Source of the DNA: Polyangiaceae bacterium
Lineage (GTDB): Bacteria; Myxococcota_A; Polyangia; Polyangiales; Polyangiaceae
Assembly: GCA_033763455.1 (NCBI GenBank)
Contig: JANRKO010000027.1
Span: forward strand, 28,604 to 92,603
Length of the DNA: 64,000 nt
Direction of reading: 5' to 3'
This document shows, piece after piece, positions 19,305 through 29,800 of this stretch (position 1 is its first letter; the number at the start of each line of letters is the position of its first letter). Below the pieces are notes generated by a model, which did no database searches, was not told the DNA's origin, and saw only the letters and a program-made list of their open reading frames with translations. The position numbers were made by a program, and so were the translations under genes.

Positions 19305-20792
19305 TTGAAACGCATACTCATCGCCAATCGCGGAGAAATCGCCATCCGCTTCGCGCGCACCTTCCGCGAAATGGGGATCGAAAGCGTGGCTGTGTACGCA
19401 GCCGGTGAAGAGGCCTCGCCCCACGTCCGCTACGCCGATTTCGCCGAGCTCCTCCCGGGCTCCACCACCGCTCAGACTTACCTCAACATCGAAGCCATAT
19501 TGGCCGCAGCTTCGCGCTCCCAGGCCGACGCGATCGCGCCGGGATACGGTTTTTTGTCCGAGAATGCCGACTTTGCGGAAGCTTGTGAACGCCACGGATT
19601 AACATTTCTAGGTCCTTCACCAAACGCCATTCGCACGATGGGTTCGAAAACTGCGGCACGTGAAGCCATGTCGGCCGCAGGTGTGCCGCTCGTGCCAGGT
19701 GGCCCCGCCGACGATTTGGAGCAAGCCCGGCAAACAGCGCAGGCTCTCGGGTATCCGGTGTTCATCAAGGCGCGTGCGGGAGGTGGCGGCAAAGGAATGC
19801 GCCGCGTCACCGCCGAGGCTCAGCTTGAACCCGCGTATGAAGTGGCAAAAAGTGAGGCCGAACGCGCTTTTGGCGATTCCACCGTGTATCTCGAAAAAGC
19901 GCTAATTCGACCGCGTCACGTAGAAATTCAGGTACTCGGCGACACCTTCGGCAACGTGGTGCACCTCTTCGAACGTGATTGTTCTATCCAGCGCCGGCAC
20001 CAAAAAATTGTTGAGGAGTCTCCGTCGCCCCTGCTCTCACGAGCCGTGGTTGAACGAATGGGAGCCATCGCCGTACAGGGAGCGAAGGCCGTGGGCTATT
20101 ACTCCGCAGGCACATTTGAATTTTTGGTGGATGAAGCGGAGAACTTCTATTTCTTGGAGATGAATACGCGCCTCCAAGTCGAGCATCCAATCACCGAGCT
20201 TGTAACGGGTTTTGATCTGGTGCGGGAAATGGTGCGCGTGGCGAACGGTGAAGCGCTCGGCTTTAATCAGGAGGCGATCGTTGCGCGTGGGGCCGCCATC
20301 GAGTGCCGCGTGTACGCCGAAGATCCTGACCGCGGATTTCTCCCCAGCCCCGGGCTTATCCGAGAGCTGCGCGAGCCAGGGGGGCCAGGCGTCCGGAATG
20401 ATTCAGGGGTCGCAGGAGGTGCAACCATCAGTGAGCTGTACGATCCGCTCATGTCGAAGCTCTGCGTTTGGGCCCCGACCCGCGCCGTCGCGCTGGCCCG
20501 GATGCGCGCAGCCCTCAAGGCTTACGTCGTTGTGGGCCCTACCACCAACCTCAAGTTTCATGAGCGCCTGCTGCAGCACCCGAGCTTTGAACGCGGCGAA
20601 TATTACACCTCGTTCGTCGAGGAAAACCTAGCAGCGCTCACGTGCAATGAAGCCCCAATTGCTGAGCGTGCGCGTGAAGTGGCAGTGGCGATTGCTGCGG
20701 CACTTTTCCAAGCGGAGTCTGTGGCCCAGCCTACCCGGCCGGCAGCAGAAGGGCTCTCACCTTGGGTTGCGGCACATCGGCGCAGAATGTAG
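19305..20792 (+). CDS. Biotin carboxylase subunit of an acyl-CoA carboxylase
   Basis: KRILIANRGEIA, PGYGFLSEN, GGGGKGMR, RDCSIQRRHQK, FLEMNTRLQVEH; no biotinyl domain; start TTG 19305. Confidence 0.93.
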   Translation: MKRILIANRGEIAIRFARTFREMGIESVAVYAAGEEASPHVRYADFAELLPGSTTAQTYLNIEAILAAASRSQADAIAPGYGFLSENADFAEACERHGLTFLGPSPNAIRTMGSKTAAREAMSAAGVPLVPGGPADDLEQARQTAQALGYPVFIKARAGGGGKGMRRVTAEAQLEPAYEVAKSEAERAFGDSTVYLEKALIRPRHVEIQVLGDTFGNVVHLFERDCSIQRRHQKIVEESPSPLLSRAVVERMGAIAVQGAKAVGYYSAGTFEFLVDEAENFYFLEMNTRLQVEHPITELVTGFDLVREMVRVANGEALGFNQEAIVARGAAIECRVYAEDPDRGFLPSPGLIRELREPGGPGVRNDSGVAGGATISELYDPLMSKLCVWAPTRAVALARMRAALKAYVVVGPTTNLKFHERLLQHPSFERGEYYTSFVEENLAALTCNEAPIAERAREVAVAIAAALFQAESVAQPTRPAAEGLSPWVAAHRRRM

Positions 20793-20900
20793 GTGCGAGC
20801 GTTAGTCGGGCCTGAATATGCCTATCGAATCCGCCCGAGGGTGAGCTAGCCTTTGGGCGGTTGGCAAAACCGCTCCGGTTGCCTAGATATCCCCTCCCCT

Positions 20901-23555
20901 ATGGCCCAATCCACCGCTGATTTTCGCGCCTGCCCGCACTGCGGCACCGCCTGCGCGCGAAGCCATCAGTACTGCCCGGCCTGCGGCTTCCCAGTCGGTA
21001 CCCTGGGCGTGAGCGATGAAGATAAGTTCATCGGCAAGACGTTACCTGGTGGTTATCACATTCTAGACCTCATTAGCGTCGGCGGAATGGGGCGCGTGTA
21101 CCGTGCCGAGCAGAGCGTGCTCGGGCGCACCGTTGCCGTAAAGATCATCCATCCGCATCTGCTTTCGGATGAGAACTCAGCCGTGCGCTTCATGACAGAA
21201 GCACGCGCAGCCAGCCAGCTCAACCACCCGAATTCCGTGGCTGTGTTCGACTTTGGTCGTACCGATGACGGCCAGCCGTACCTAGTGATGGAATTTCTGC
21301 GCGGCAAAGATTTGGCGCGTGTGGCCTACGATGAAGGGCCGCTGCCCTTCGGTCGTATTGTGGACGTGTTGAAGCAGGTGCTTACGGCGCTAGCTGAAGC
21401 GCACGAGCTTGGCATCGTGCATCGCGATCTCAAGCCTGAGAACGTTATCATAGAGCCGTTACGCCGCGGTGGCGATTCTGTAAAAGTGGTGGATTTTGGG
21501 CTAGCAAAGCTCAAAGCAGATCGCCCAGGCCCGAGCGTCACAAGCCCGGGCATCGTGTGCGGCACCCCGGATTATATGGCCCCGGAACAGGGCCGCGGCG
21601 ACGTGATCGATGGGCGTAGCGATCTGTACGCCGTGGGTGTGATGTTCTTTCAACTCCTCACCGGCCAGCTGCCGTATGAGGCCGATAGCCCCACCCAAGT
21701 CGTCATGATGCACATGACGATGCCAATTCCGGACCCCCAGCAGGTGGCGCCAGAGCGGGACATCCCCGACGCGCTGTGCGCAGTGGTCAAGCGGGCCATG
21801 GCTAAAGCGGCCAAAGATCGCTACCAGGACGCCACTGAGTTCGCTGAGGCTCTCAGCGAAGCCCTCGCGTTGACCCAAACCTCCGCGGCGGCCTCACTCT
21901 CCCCAGGCCTTGGAACAGTGCAATGCCAGGTCTGCCGCGTGACCGTTCCTATCGCCAAATTTTGCGGAGAATGCGGCAGTCGGCTAACCAGCGTGAGCGG
22001 CCCGCCTTCGGCAACACCTCAGTTTCCTCTGCCTTTGGTCGGGAGGGAGGAAGCTCTCAGTTGGCTTGAGCAGCAGAGAAACCGCGCTTCGGGCACGTTG
22101 TTCGCAGCGCGCCTAGTGGCGGAGTCTGGTTTCGGTAAAACGCGGGTTTTGAGCGAGTTCGCCCGCGCACTCCGAGCTCGCGGAGAGTGCGTGATCGAAG
22201 CACGGCCCGATCCCTATCTCGCGGACGTTGCCAATTACAGTCTCAGAAAGACTATCACTGAACTGTCGGCGATCGACGAAGTCGAATTGAAGAGTGGTCG
22301 TTTCGATGGTGCAAGCCCGGAGGCCAAGCGAGGTCTCGCAGAAATATTTGCTTTAAAGGGGCAAAGTCCCGATCGCCGAATGCCTGCTGAGCGCCGTTAT
22401 GCTCTAGCCGAAGCGCTGCGTTGGGCTCTGGAGCTCGGGCTCACTCGCCAACAAACTCAGAGCATCACCATCCTGGTTGACGATTTGCATCGCATGGATG
22501 GAGCTAGCCGCAACGCGTTCACGGACATGATCGCCGCGCCGCCCATGGGCAACGTATTCCTGGTGGGTGCGCACGTTCCAGCGTTCGATCCGCGCTGGGG
22601 TGGCGTTCGAAGCGCAGCCCACGTGCTCGCCGGCTTGAGCGAGTCCACAGCTGAGCCCATTCTGCGCTTCCTGAAGCCCCAAGAGCGGCCCCAGCCGGAC
22701 CCAGAAACCCACGATTTTCAGCCGCTCTATCTGGAACAAGCGGTGCGCTATGCGGCCTCCGGGGGTACTGACGCCCCACCGCGCTTGGGCGACCTCGTCG
22801 GGCGCCGCCTAGACACGTTGGAGCCTATGGCTCGCCGCGTATTGCAGGCCATCGTGGTACTCGGCGACGATGTGCGTCCTCAGGATATACCGCAGCTAGT
22901 TACCAGCTTGCACGATTCCGGCCCCACAGTGGAGCGGCTGGTGCAAGAAGGTTTCGTCCAAAACCCCAACGGGCTGATCTCAGCATCGCACCCGTTACTG
23001 CGCGAAATCGTGCTCACGGGGATCCCGCATGCTGTTCGAAGGGAGCTCCACGATAAGGCGTTGCGCGTTTGCGAAAAGGTGGGCGCTCCGCTCGAAGCCC
23101 GCGCTCAGCATGCTTATTTTTGCCAGGATTCATTCCAAGCATTACTGCTCTTGGAGCAGGTTGCAGAGCGTGCCCAGGCCAACGGAGCGCTCGATAGCGA
23201 GATCCTGGCGCTGCGGCGTGGCCTTGAAATCGCACGCCAAGAAATCAGCCGTGGGGAGCTCGACGACCCGTTGCGTGCGGTTTTGATCTTCAGCCGCAAG
23301 CTGGGAGCGGCGTTAGCTCGTGCCGGCAGCCTCGCTGACGCCGAAGGTGTGCTGCGGGAGGCCCTAGATCTTGCTGGGCCAAATGGCAAAGATCGCGCAC
23401 GCGTGCTCGGCGCCTTAGCTCAAGTTGCCCATGGCAGGCAACGCGCGAGCGAGGCCTTTGGTTACCTCGATCAAGCGATTGAAGCGGCGAAAAGTTCCGG
23501 CGAAAAAGACTTGGTATCTTCGCTTTCCGATACGCGCACTGCCTGGGCGTCGTGA
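20901..23555 (+). CDS. Ser/Thr protein kinase with Zn ribbons, P-loop ATPase and C-terminal helical repeats
   Basis: CPHC..CPAC; GGMGRVY, VAVK, HRDLKPEN, DFG, YMAPE; CQVC..CGEC; LVGREE, AESGFGKT, ILVDDLH; TPR-like tail. Confidence 0.9.
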   Translation: MAQSTADFRACPHCGTACARSHQYCPACGFPVGTLGVSDEDKFIGKTLPGGYHILDLISVGGMGRVYRAEQSVLGRTVAVKIIHPHLLSDENSAVRFMTEARAASQLNHPNSVAVFDFGRTDDGQPYLVMEFLRGKDLARVAYDEGPLPFGRIVDVLKQVLTALAEAHELGIVHRDLKPENVIIEPLRRGGDSVKVVDFGLAKLKADRPGPSVTSPGIVCGTPDYMAPEQGRGDVIDGRSDLYAVGVMFFQLLTGQLPYEADSPTQVVMMHMTMPIPDPQQVAPERDIPDALCAVVKRAMAKAAKDRYQDATEFAEALSEALALTQTSAAASLSPGLGTVQCQVCRVTVPIAKFCGECGSRLTSVSGPPSATPQFPLPLVGREEALSWLEQQRNRASGTLFAARLVAESGFGKTRVLSEFARALRARGECVIEARPDPYLADVANYSLRKTITELSAIDEVELKSGRFDGASPEAKRGLAEIFALKGQSPDRRMPAERRYALAEALRWALELGLTRQQTQSITILVDDLHRMDGASRNAFTDMIAAPPMGNVFLVGAHVPAFDPRWGGVRSAAHVLAGLSESTAEPILRFLKPQERPQPDPETHDFQPLYLEQAVRYAASGGTDAPPRLGDLVGRRLDTLEPMARRVLQAIVVLGDDVRPQDIPQLVTSLHDSGPTVERLVQEGFVQNPNGLISASHPLLREIVLTGIPHAVRRELHDKALRVCEKVGAPLEARAQHAYFCQDSFQALLLLEQVAERAQANGALDSEILALRRGLEIARQEISRGELDDPLRAVLIFSRKLGAALARAGSLADAEGVLREALDLAGPNGKDRARVLGALAQVAHGRQRASEAFGYLDQAIEAAKSSGEKDLVSSLSDTRTAWAS

Positions 23556-24601
23556 ATTCACCTACGCAAGTTATCGCTCGCTGGGATCTCGACAAAACAT
23601 ACCTTCGAACGGATTTTGACAGCTTGGGGGCGCTGCTGCGCACTGCAACTGAACGGCCGGATCGCAAGCGAGCCATTCCTGGAGCCGCGGCTCTACTCCG
23701 TGAGCTCAACCGCCTGGGTGCAGAGCTCCACATCGTGAGCGGCAGTCCACGGCAACTGCGCAGAAAAATTGAGGAGAAGTTGGCCCTGGATGGCGTGCGC
23801 CACGCCGAACTTTCCCTCAAGCCCAATCTCTCAAATCTTTTGCGATTGCGTTTTCGAGCGCTTCACGAACAGCTAGGCTACAAGCTGCCGCTGCTACTTC
23901 AGGCAAAGGTTCGCGATCAACTGCGTGGCCTTTTGGTGCGGGAAATTCTGAGTGGGGACGACGCCGAGGCGGATGCCTTCGTGTATTCCCTCTATGCCGA
24001 CGTGCTTGCCGGGCGGATTGAACGAACTGCGCTCTCAGAGATCTTGGTAGCCGGCCATGTTTTTCCTGATCAACTGAAGGCGGCGCTACATGCCGCAGCA
24101 GCCCTCCACGTTTCCGATGAACACGTGAGGATCCTCATCCACCTAGACCGTCAAACTCCGCCCAGCCACTTCCACGCTTACGCGCCGCGTCTGGTTCCTT
24201 TCTACAACTACCAACAAGCAGCGTACGTACTTGTGGAAGATGGGAGCCTAGATGGCGAGGGAGCGCTACGCGTGGCCCAGAACATGATGCTCTATCACCA
24301 GTTCGATGCGGATAGCTTAGCGCGTAGCTACGCCGAGTTGGCACGCCGTGGGCACGCCCGCTTAACGCTTGGGCCGAAGCTTCTAGCAGCGCTGGCACAA
24401 TTTCCGGAGCGGGAGCCCGAGTACGCCCAGCTAAAAGAGCTTGCCGAACAGGTGAGTCACCACGCTCTCCACGCCTCGTTGGGGCAGCCGAGCGATCCCA
24501 GCGCGGCACCGACCACGGGGCTCAGCCCGGCCGAATACATCGCCCTCGCCGAGGAACACGCCGGAGGGCGCAACCGCCGCCCAGCCAGGCGAGACGTCTA
24601 G
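23552..24601 (+). CDS. HAD-superfamily phosphatase (App1/DUF2183-like)
   Basis: WDLDKTYL (DxDxT), IVSGSP, LSLKP, GDDAEADA; GTGA overlap with the kinase stop. Confidence 0.75.
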   Translation: MNSPTQVIARWDLDKTYLRTDFDSLGALLRTATERPDRKRAIPGAAALLRELNRLGAELHIVSGSPRQLRRKIEEKLALDGVRHAELSLKPNLSNLLRLRFRALHEQLGYKLPLLLQAKVRDQLRGLLVREILSGDDAEADAFVYSLYADVLAGRIERTALSEILVAGHVFPDQLKAALHAAAALHVSDEHVRILIHLDRQTPPSHFHAYAPRLVPFYNYQQAAYVLVEDGSLDGEGALRVAQNMMLYHQFDADSLARSYAELARRGHARLTLGPKLLAALAQFPEREPEYAQLKELAEQVSHHALHASLGQPSDPSAAPTTGLSPAEYIALAEEHAGGRNRRPARRDV

Positions 24602-24805
24602 CCCAGCGGGGGCAAGCCCCCAATTGGCTCGCTTTCGGCCCTCACCAGGGGTCGCCTGGTTGAAACCTTGCCTTTGTATTTTTGATGACTAGAACCGTGG
24701 GTCTCCGTCGTCTCGGTGGGCCCGCGGCTCGCCTGGCGGAGGTAGCCCCGAATCCCTGTAGAAACTGTCCGTCTAAGGCCCGGTTGGGCCGAAAGGGTCG
24801 CGCAC

Positions 24806-25414
24806 TTGGATAGCGATCTTGCCGAATCGATCTCTGCGCTCAAAGAGTCTTTCTCACGTCGAGGAGTCCGTGCCACCTTTGGCAAGGCGGACGCCGCGCT
24901 CGTTGATGGTCTCAAAGCCAAGCTCTCAATACCTCGAAGGTATCGAGAGTTTCTACTGGCGTGCGATCCCACCGACGTGGAAACGCGAACACCCTCCGAA
25001 AGGGTGCGTTTGGTGTCAGCCCAAAACCTCGTGCGGGAGCAAGTTGGCTTTGCGCTAATTTCTGAGGCAGAGCGGAGACCCAATCCCGCGCCGAACGGCT
25101 GGCGGCCAAGTTGGATCATCATCGGGCACAGCACTCTCGTGGGTGATCCTTACTTCCTCGATGTGTCGCTCCCGGATCCCGAGGGTGACTGCCCAGTGTA
25201 CACGGCGATGAGCGGCAGCGAGCCGTGGAAGGCTCACTTGTGCGCGTCGAGTTTTGCACTTTTCCTCCGCATTTTGGCCGTCGGCATGCAGGTGGCTGAA
25301 GGCTTCGCCGAGGACAACCTCGACATCGACGACGAGCAAGTATTTCGAGAATCGCTCGGTCCCAAGGTACGCGAGTACGATCCCGCCGCTTTCAAAGCCG
25401 GGCACTGGACATGA
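24806..25414 (+). CDS. SMI1/KNR4 (SUKH) family protein
   Basis: LSIPRRYREFL, WIIIGH..GDPYFLD..GDCPVY..CASSFALFL; AAAGGG 8 nt before the TTG start. Confidence 0.75.
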   Translation: MDSDLAESISALKESFSRRGVRATFGKADAALVDGLKAKLSIPRRYREFLLACDPTDVETRTPSERVRLVSAQNLVREQVGFALISEAERRPNPAPNGWRPSWIIIGHSTLVGDPYFLDVSLPDPEGDCPVYTAMSGSEPWKAHLCASSFALFLRILAVGMQVAEGFAEDNLDIDDEQVFRESLGPKVREYDPAAFKAGHWT

Positions 25415-26691
25415 CTCAGCTCAGAGTGTTCCGAGCTGGCCAACCGGAGTTCGAGATCCAGCTTCGGGACCTCGCACTGCGCGGTGAACAAGATCTCGGC
25501 GCGGTGGAAGGCACCGTGCGTGCTATCCTCGCGAGCGTTCGACGCGAAGGTGATCCAGCCCTCGCCAGCTACGTCAAGCAATTCGAGCAACGCGACGCTC
25601 ACCCGCTATTTGAACGGGACTATGGCGGCAAAGCGGCACTCGAACAAGTCAGCCCCGAGGTGCGTGAAGCTCTCAAGCTCGCGCACCAGCGCATTCGCGG
25701 TTATCACCTTCGCCAAGCTGAAAAGCTCGGCAGTTTTGAGTACACCGAAGACGGCGTCTTTTTGGCCAGCCGCGTGAATCCGCTTGCGAGCGTGGGTGTC
25801 TACGCTCCCGGCGGCAAGGCAACTTACCCTTCCAGCGTATTGATGACGGCCGTGGTGGCTCAAGTCGCCGGCGTACCGGAAATCATCTTGGCCTGCCCGA
25901 GCCCCTCAGCCGAAGTGCGTGCAGCGGCTTATCTGTCTGGTGTAACGGGGCTGTTGAACGCCGGAGGTGCGCAAGCAGTGGCTGCTCTCGCGTACGGCAC
26001 ACAGACGGTGCCACGGGTTGCCAAAATCGTTGGCCCCGGGAATTTGTATGTTACCTGCGCCAAACGCCTAGTTTTCGGCGATGTCGCCATCGACGGGCTC
26101 GCCGGGCCGAGCGAGATCCTCGTCGTCGCCGACGAAACGGCCGATCCCAAAGTTGTAGCGGCAGATCTGTTGTCGCAGGCCGAACACGATGAAGCCGCTT
26201 ACCCGCTACTCGTATGTTCCGACGCAGGGCTGCTTGAGCAAATCCAAAGCGAGCTTGCTCTCGCGCTCGAAGCACTACCCCGCCGCGACATCGCGCAAGC
26301 GTCCGTCGCAGCTCACGGAGTGGCTTTTCTCGTCTCTAATCGCACCGAGTTGGCTCGCGTGGCTGATCTACTTGCGGTCGAGCACGTAAGCCTTCAGTGC
26401 GCCGACGCGCGCGCTTTGGCCGTCCAAGTAAGGCACGCAGGAGCAATCTTCATGGGTCACGCGACTCCAGAAGCCGCGGGTGACTACGTAGCCGGCCCAT
26501 CCCACGTGCTGCCAACGGGAGGGGCGGCACGTTTCGGGGCTCCTCTGGGCGTCTACGATTTCGTATCGCGCACCTCGCTCATTGAGTACTCCCCCGCTGC
26601 TCTTGCGGCCCACGCGCCAGCAATCACCGCATTGGCTACGGCCGAGGGGTTGGAGGCTCACGGGCGAGCCGTTCAAGTTCGACTTCGATAG
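25411..26691 (+). CDS. hisD: Histidinol dehydrogenase
   Basis: VGVYAPGGKATYPSSVLM, KIVGPGNLYV, AGPSEI, DLLSQAEHD, GDYVAGPSHVLPT. Confidence 0.97.
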   Translation: MTQLRVFRAGQPEFEIQLRDLALRGEQDLGAVEGTVRAILASVRREGDPALASYVKQFEQRDAHPLFERDYGGKAALEQVSPEVREALKLAHQRIRGYHLRQAEKLGSFEYTEDGVFLASRVNPLASVGVYAPGGKATYPSSVLMTAVVAQVAGVPEIILACPSPSAEVRAAAYLSGVTGLLNAGGAQAVAALAYGTQTVPRVAKIVGPGNLYVTCAKRLVFGDVAIDGLAGPSEILVVADETADPKVVAADLLSQAEHDEAAYPLLVCSDAGLLEQIQSELALALEALPRRDIAQASVAAHGVAFLVSNRTELARVADLLAVEHVSLQCADARALAVQVRHAGAIFMGHATPEAAGDYVAGPSHVLPTGGAARFGAPLGVYDFVSRTSLIEYSPAALAAHAPAITALATAEGLEAHGRAVQVRLR

Positions 26692-26885
26692 GGTTTTGGG
26701 GGCACCTCCAAGCAGCGTCAGCGGAAGTTTACGCACCCACCGGCACACCTGGTTTCCAAGAGAAACGCCACGTTCTCAAGGGGAATCCCGAAACCGCGCT
26801 CTTTCCGGGGTGTATACTCCCGCAGTCCTTCAAGCTGGTGCGTGCCGGCCTCCGGGGGGCGGTAGTTTTCTGAGGAGTCATGAAT

Positions 26886-29800
26886 ATGTCACTGTGGATC
26901 AGACGCTTGAGCCAGGCGCTCTCCTTATGCGTGCTTGCGGCCCTTAGTGCGTGCGCTAGCGAACGCGCCCCGATTAACCGCGTCGAAGCAGATGCGTTAG
27001 CCAAAGACTTCTTCGTGGCAAGCGTCACCGATCCGAATGACAATCCAGAGTTCTACTGGCGCAACTTCGTGGTGGACGGCACCGAAGCCCAATCACTCGT
27101 GGGCATTGGTTCTTGGAGCGGGGTGGATCGCATCCGCTGGGAAATCACCGAGAACATGTTGTTCGCGCGCAAGGCCTACTCGGTAGCACCCGGTGCGGAC
27201 GACAAGGGTTTGCCCGGGCAGCGGCCAAGTGGCGCCATCGTAGCGGCTTACCCAATTCTCAAGCACTTCGACATTCAGCGCTCGTACAACTCAAGTACAG
27301 GCGAGGAGCTGAACGTTATTGAAGAAAATAGCAGCGATCGTCTTTGGAATGAGCGGAAATACTTCCGCGTGGATTGGTCGATCAATCTGGTGGAGACACC
27401 GCAGTGGTACGACATGTTCGTTGGCTCCATGTTCGGCGAAATCCAGGTCACGCCCCTCACTTATTACGTGAATGACCCCGGGCACCCCGATGCGCCGCAC
27501 TTCGACGCGAACGCGGGCTACTTCGATATCACGAGCAAATTCGTCATCAAGCCAGATTCAATGAGCTTCTCGGACGGCACCAAGGCCCCGGTGTGCATGC
27601 TGGTGGGGCTATTTACCGGCTCGGCAACGAACAATTGTGACCCCCAAGAAGCCACCGTGCGTAGTTCCTACTTGCGCGTGGATAAAGTCGATCCCAACAA
27701 TGATTTTGAGCCCTTTGAAAATACGCGTGCTTCGCTCGAGGTGGTAGCCAATCCGGGCGGCATTGGGGCGAGCGACTCAGTGGGAATCGTCACCGCTCCC
27801 CGAGTGCAGTGGGATCCGCAATACGGCTTTACTGACGCCAGCATGCGCCGCTTCATGCATGTGCACAATATCTGGCAGAAGAGCCACCAAACGCGCGGCA
27901 CCTGCAGTGCCGATGCCGATTGTGGCGGGGGTGGCTCTGTCTGCTTGAGTTCGCGCGAATGCAGCGTGCCCTGTAGCTACACCGCCCGCGGTGACGCGAA
28001 CAACAACGGCACGGACGACCAGTGCGAAAGCACGGCAACCCGGTATTCGGGCTCCGAAGGTTCACAATGCAGTTCACGGAACCGCTGCACCATCCCGTAC
28101 CGCGACCGAGTCGTGAAGCCGATTGGCTACTGGATGAACAAAGAAACCCCGGCGGCCTTGACCGACGACGTCGACTCCGCCGGCAACCGCTTAAACGTCG
28201 GGCCAACGGAAGACATTGGCAATACGTGGAACCAAGTATTGCGGCAGTCCGTAGCCAAAGCGCGCGAGATAGAATGCAGGCGAACCAATTCAGGGGATCG
28301 AGCTACGTGCCATGCCAAGTATTTCGAACCCGGGGCTATCGACATGGTGAGCTTTGGCGGCTGGGGTATTGAGAAGGTCAAGGCCGACGCCGAAGATGTG
28401 TTGGTCACTTGCCACAACCCGGTGCGCACTTACGACAACAAGCTGTGCGGCGAGCCTGGCTACAGCGCCCGAGTGGGTGACCTACGACACAATTTCTTGT
28501 TTTATTGGCCCTACTCTTCGCGAGCTCCGTGGGGAGGCATTGCGAATTGGAACGCTGACCCTCTCACCGGGGAAATTATTGGTGCTGCAGCCACCACGAT
28601 GGGACGCTCTGCCACGTTCGCCGCGGCCTTCACGCGCGACAACATCATGGTTGCCAATGGTGAGCTGAGCGTGAGCGACATTACCAACGGCACCCCCGCC
28701 TACCGCTACCAAAAACAGCTGCAAGGCGGCCGTACCCCCAAAACGTACACGAAGGAAGAGCTCGCTCAGATGGTGGGTTCGGTAGATGCCGCGAACGCCG
28801 CCAAGCAGCTCCATCCCCATGCTGTCGGGACTCTGAAGGACAACCTTCCGAACTATTTCAAGATGCTCCACGCCACCAAAGTGGCTCCCACCGTAACCTC
28901 GCAGACGCTTCAGTTCGACGCGATCGCCAATAAGCTGCGTGGTTCGCAAGCTGAAGCGCAAATTGTGGACAAGAATTGGCTCGTCGATTCCATTTCGATG
29001 ACGCACACCAACGAAGACGTGCTGGAGCTCGCATCTCCGCTGCGAGGGCTGGAACAGGGCCGTGTAAGAGCACTCCAGGATAACATCCTCGCCGGGGCAG
29101 AAAAGCGAGGTCTCTGCTATTTTGAGCCATTTATCGGCACCGTGGGCAACGCGGATGTCACCGGCGTGGCTCGCTTCTTCAAAGAAAAGTACAGCGACGC
29201 GAAGCTCAGCGCGCAATTCCCCGGGGACAGCGGCAACCCCACCGCCCTTTCTAAGCGAAGAGCCGAAGCCATCTACAACGACCTGTGGAAGGACAGCTAC
29301 AAAGGCATCGCCCTGCACGAGGTGGGGCACTCCCTCGGCATGTTGCACGAGTTCGCCTCGTCCTATGACTCAACGAACTTCAATCCCCAGTACTGGCAGC
29401 TGCGCACGGGTGAAGGCAAGGCAACGGCCTCGTGCGAGGGCAACCCACGCACCGGTGACGTGATGGACCCGAAGAAGGACTCCTGCATGGGTCCCCGCTA
29501 CCTCGACCCTGAAAATGCGGACGAGCTCGGGCAGGCTGAAGAATCCCGACCAGGAATCAACTACTTCGGCAACACCTCCACCATGGAGTACCAAAACGAG
29601 CGCTTCTTCGAGAGCGTTGGTTTGGGTCAGTTCGACGAACACACCATGAATGTCCTGTACGGCCGCGTCGTGCAGACGTTCGACGGAGATGCCCCGGATG
29701 GCTTGCCACTGGCTGACCAGAAAACCTTTGCTGTGCGCAACTGGAGCCACCTGACGGACTACGCGCTCGCCAACTGGGAGAGTGCGCTTACGAGCGGCGT

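Noticed and set aside
24602..24805. Structured spacer with GGTAGC and GTCTAAG words reminiscent of a c-di-GMP-I riboswitch
   Set aside because: The words are in the wrong order and the GCAAA/GNRA elements are not properly placed; an Rfam scan would settle it.
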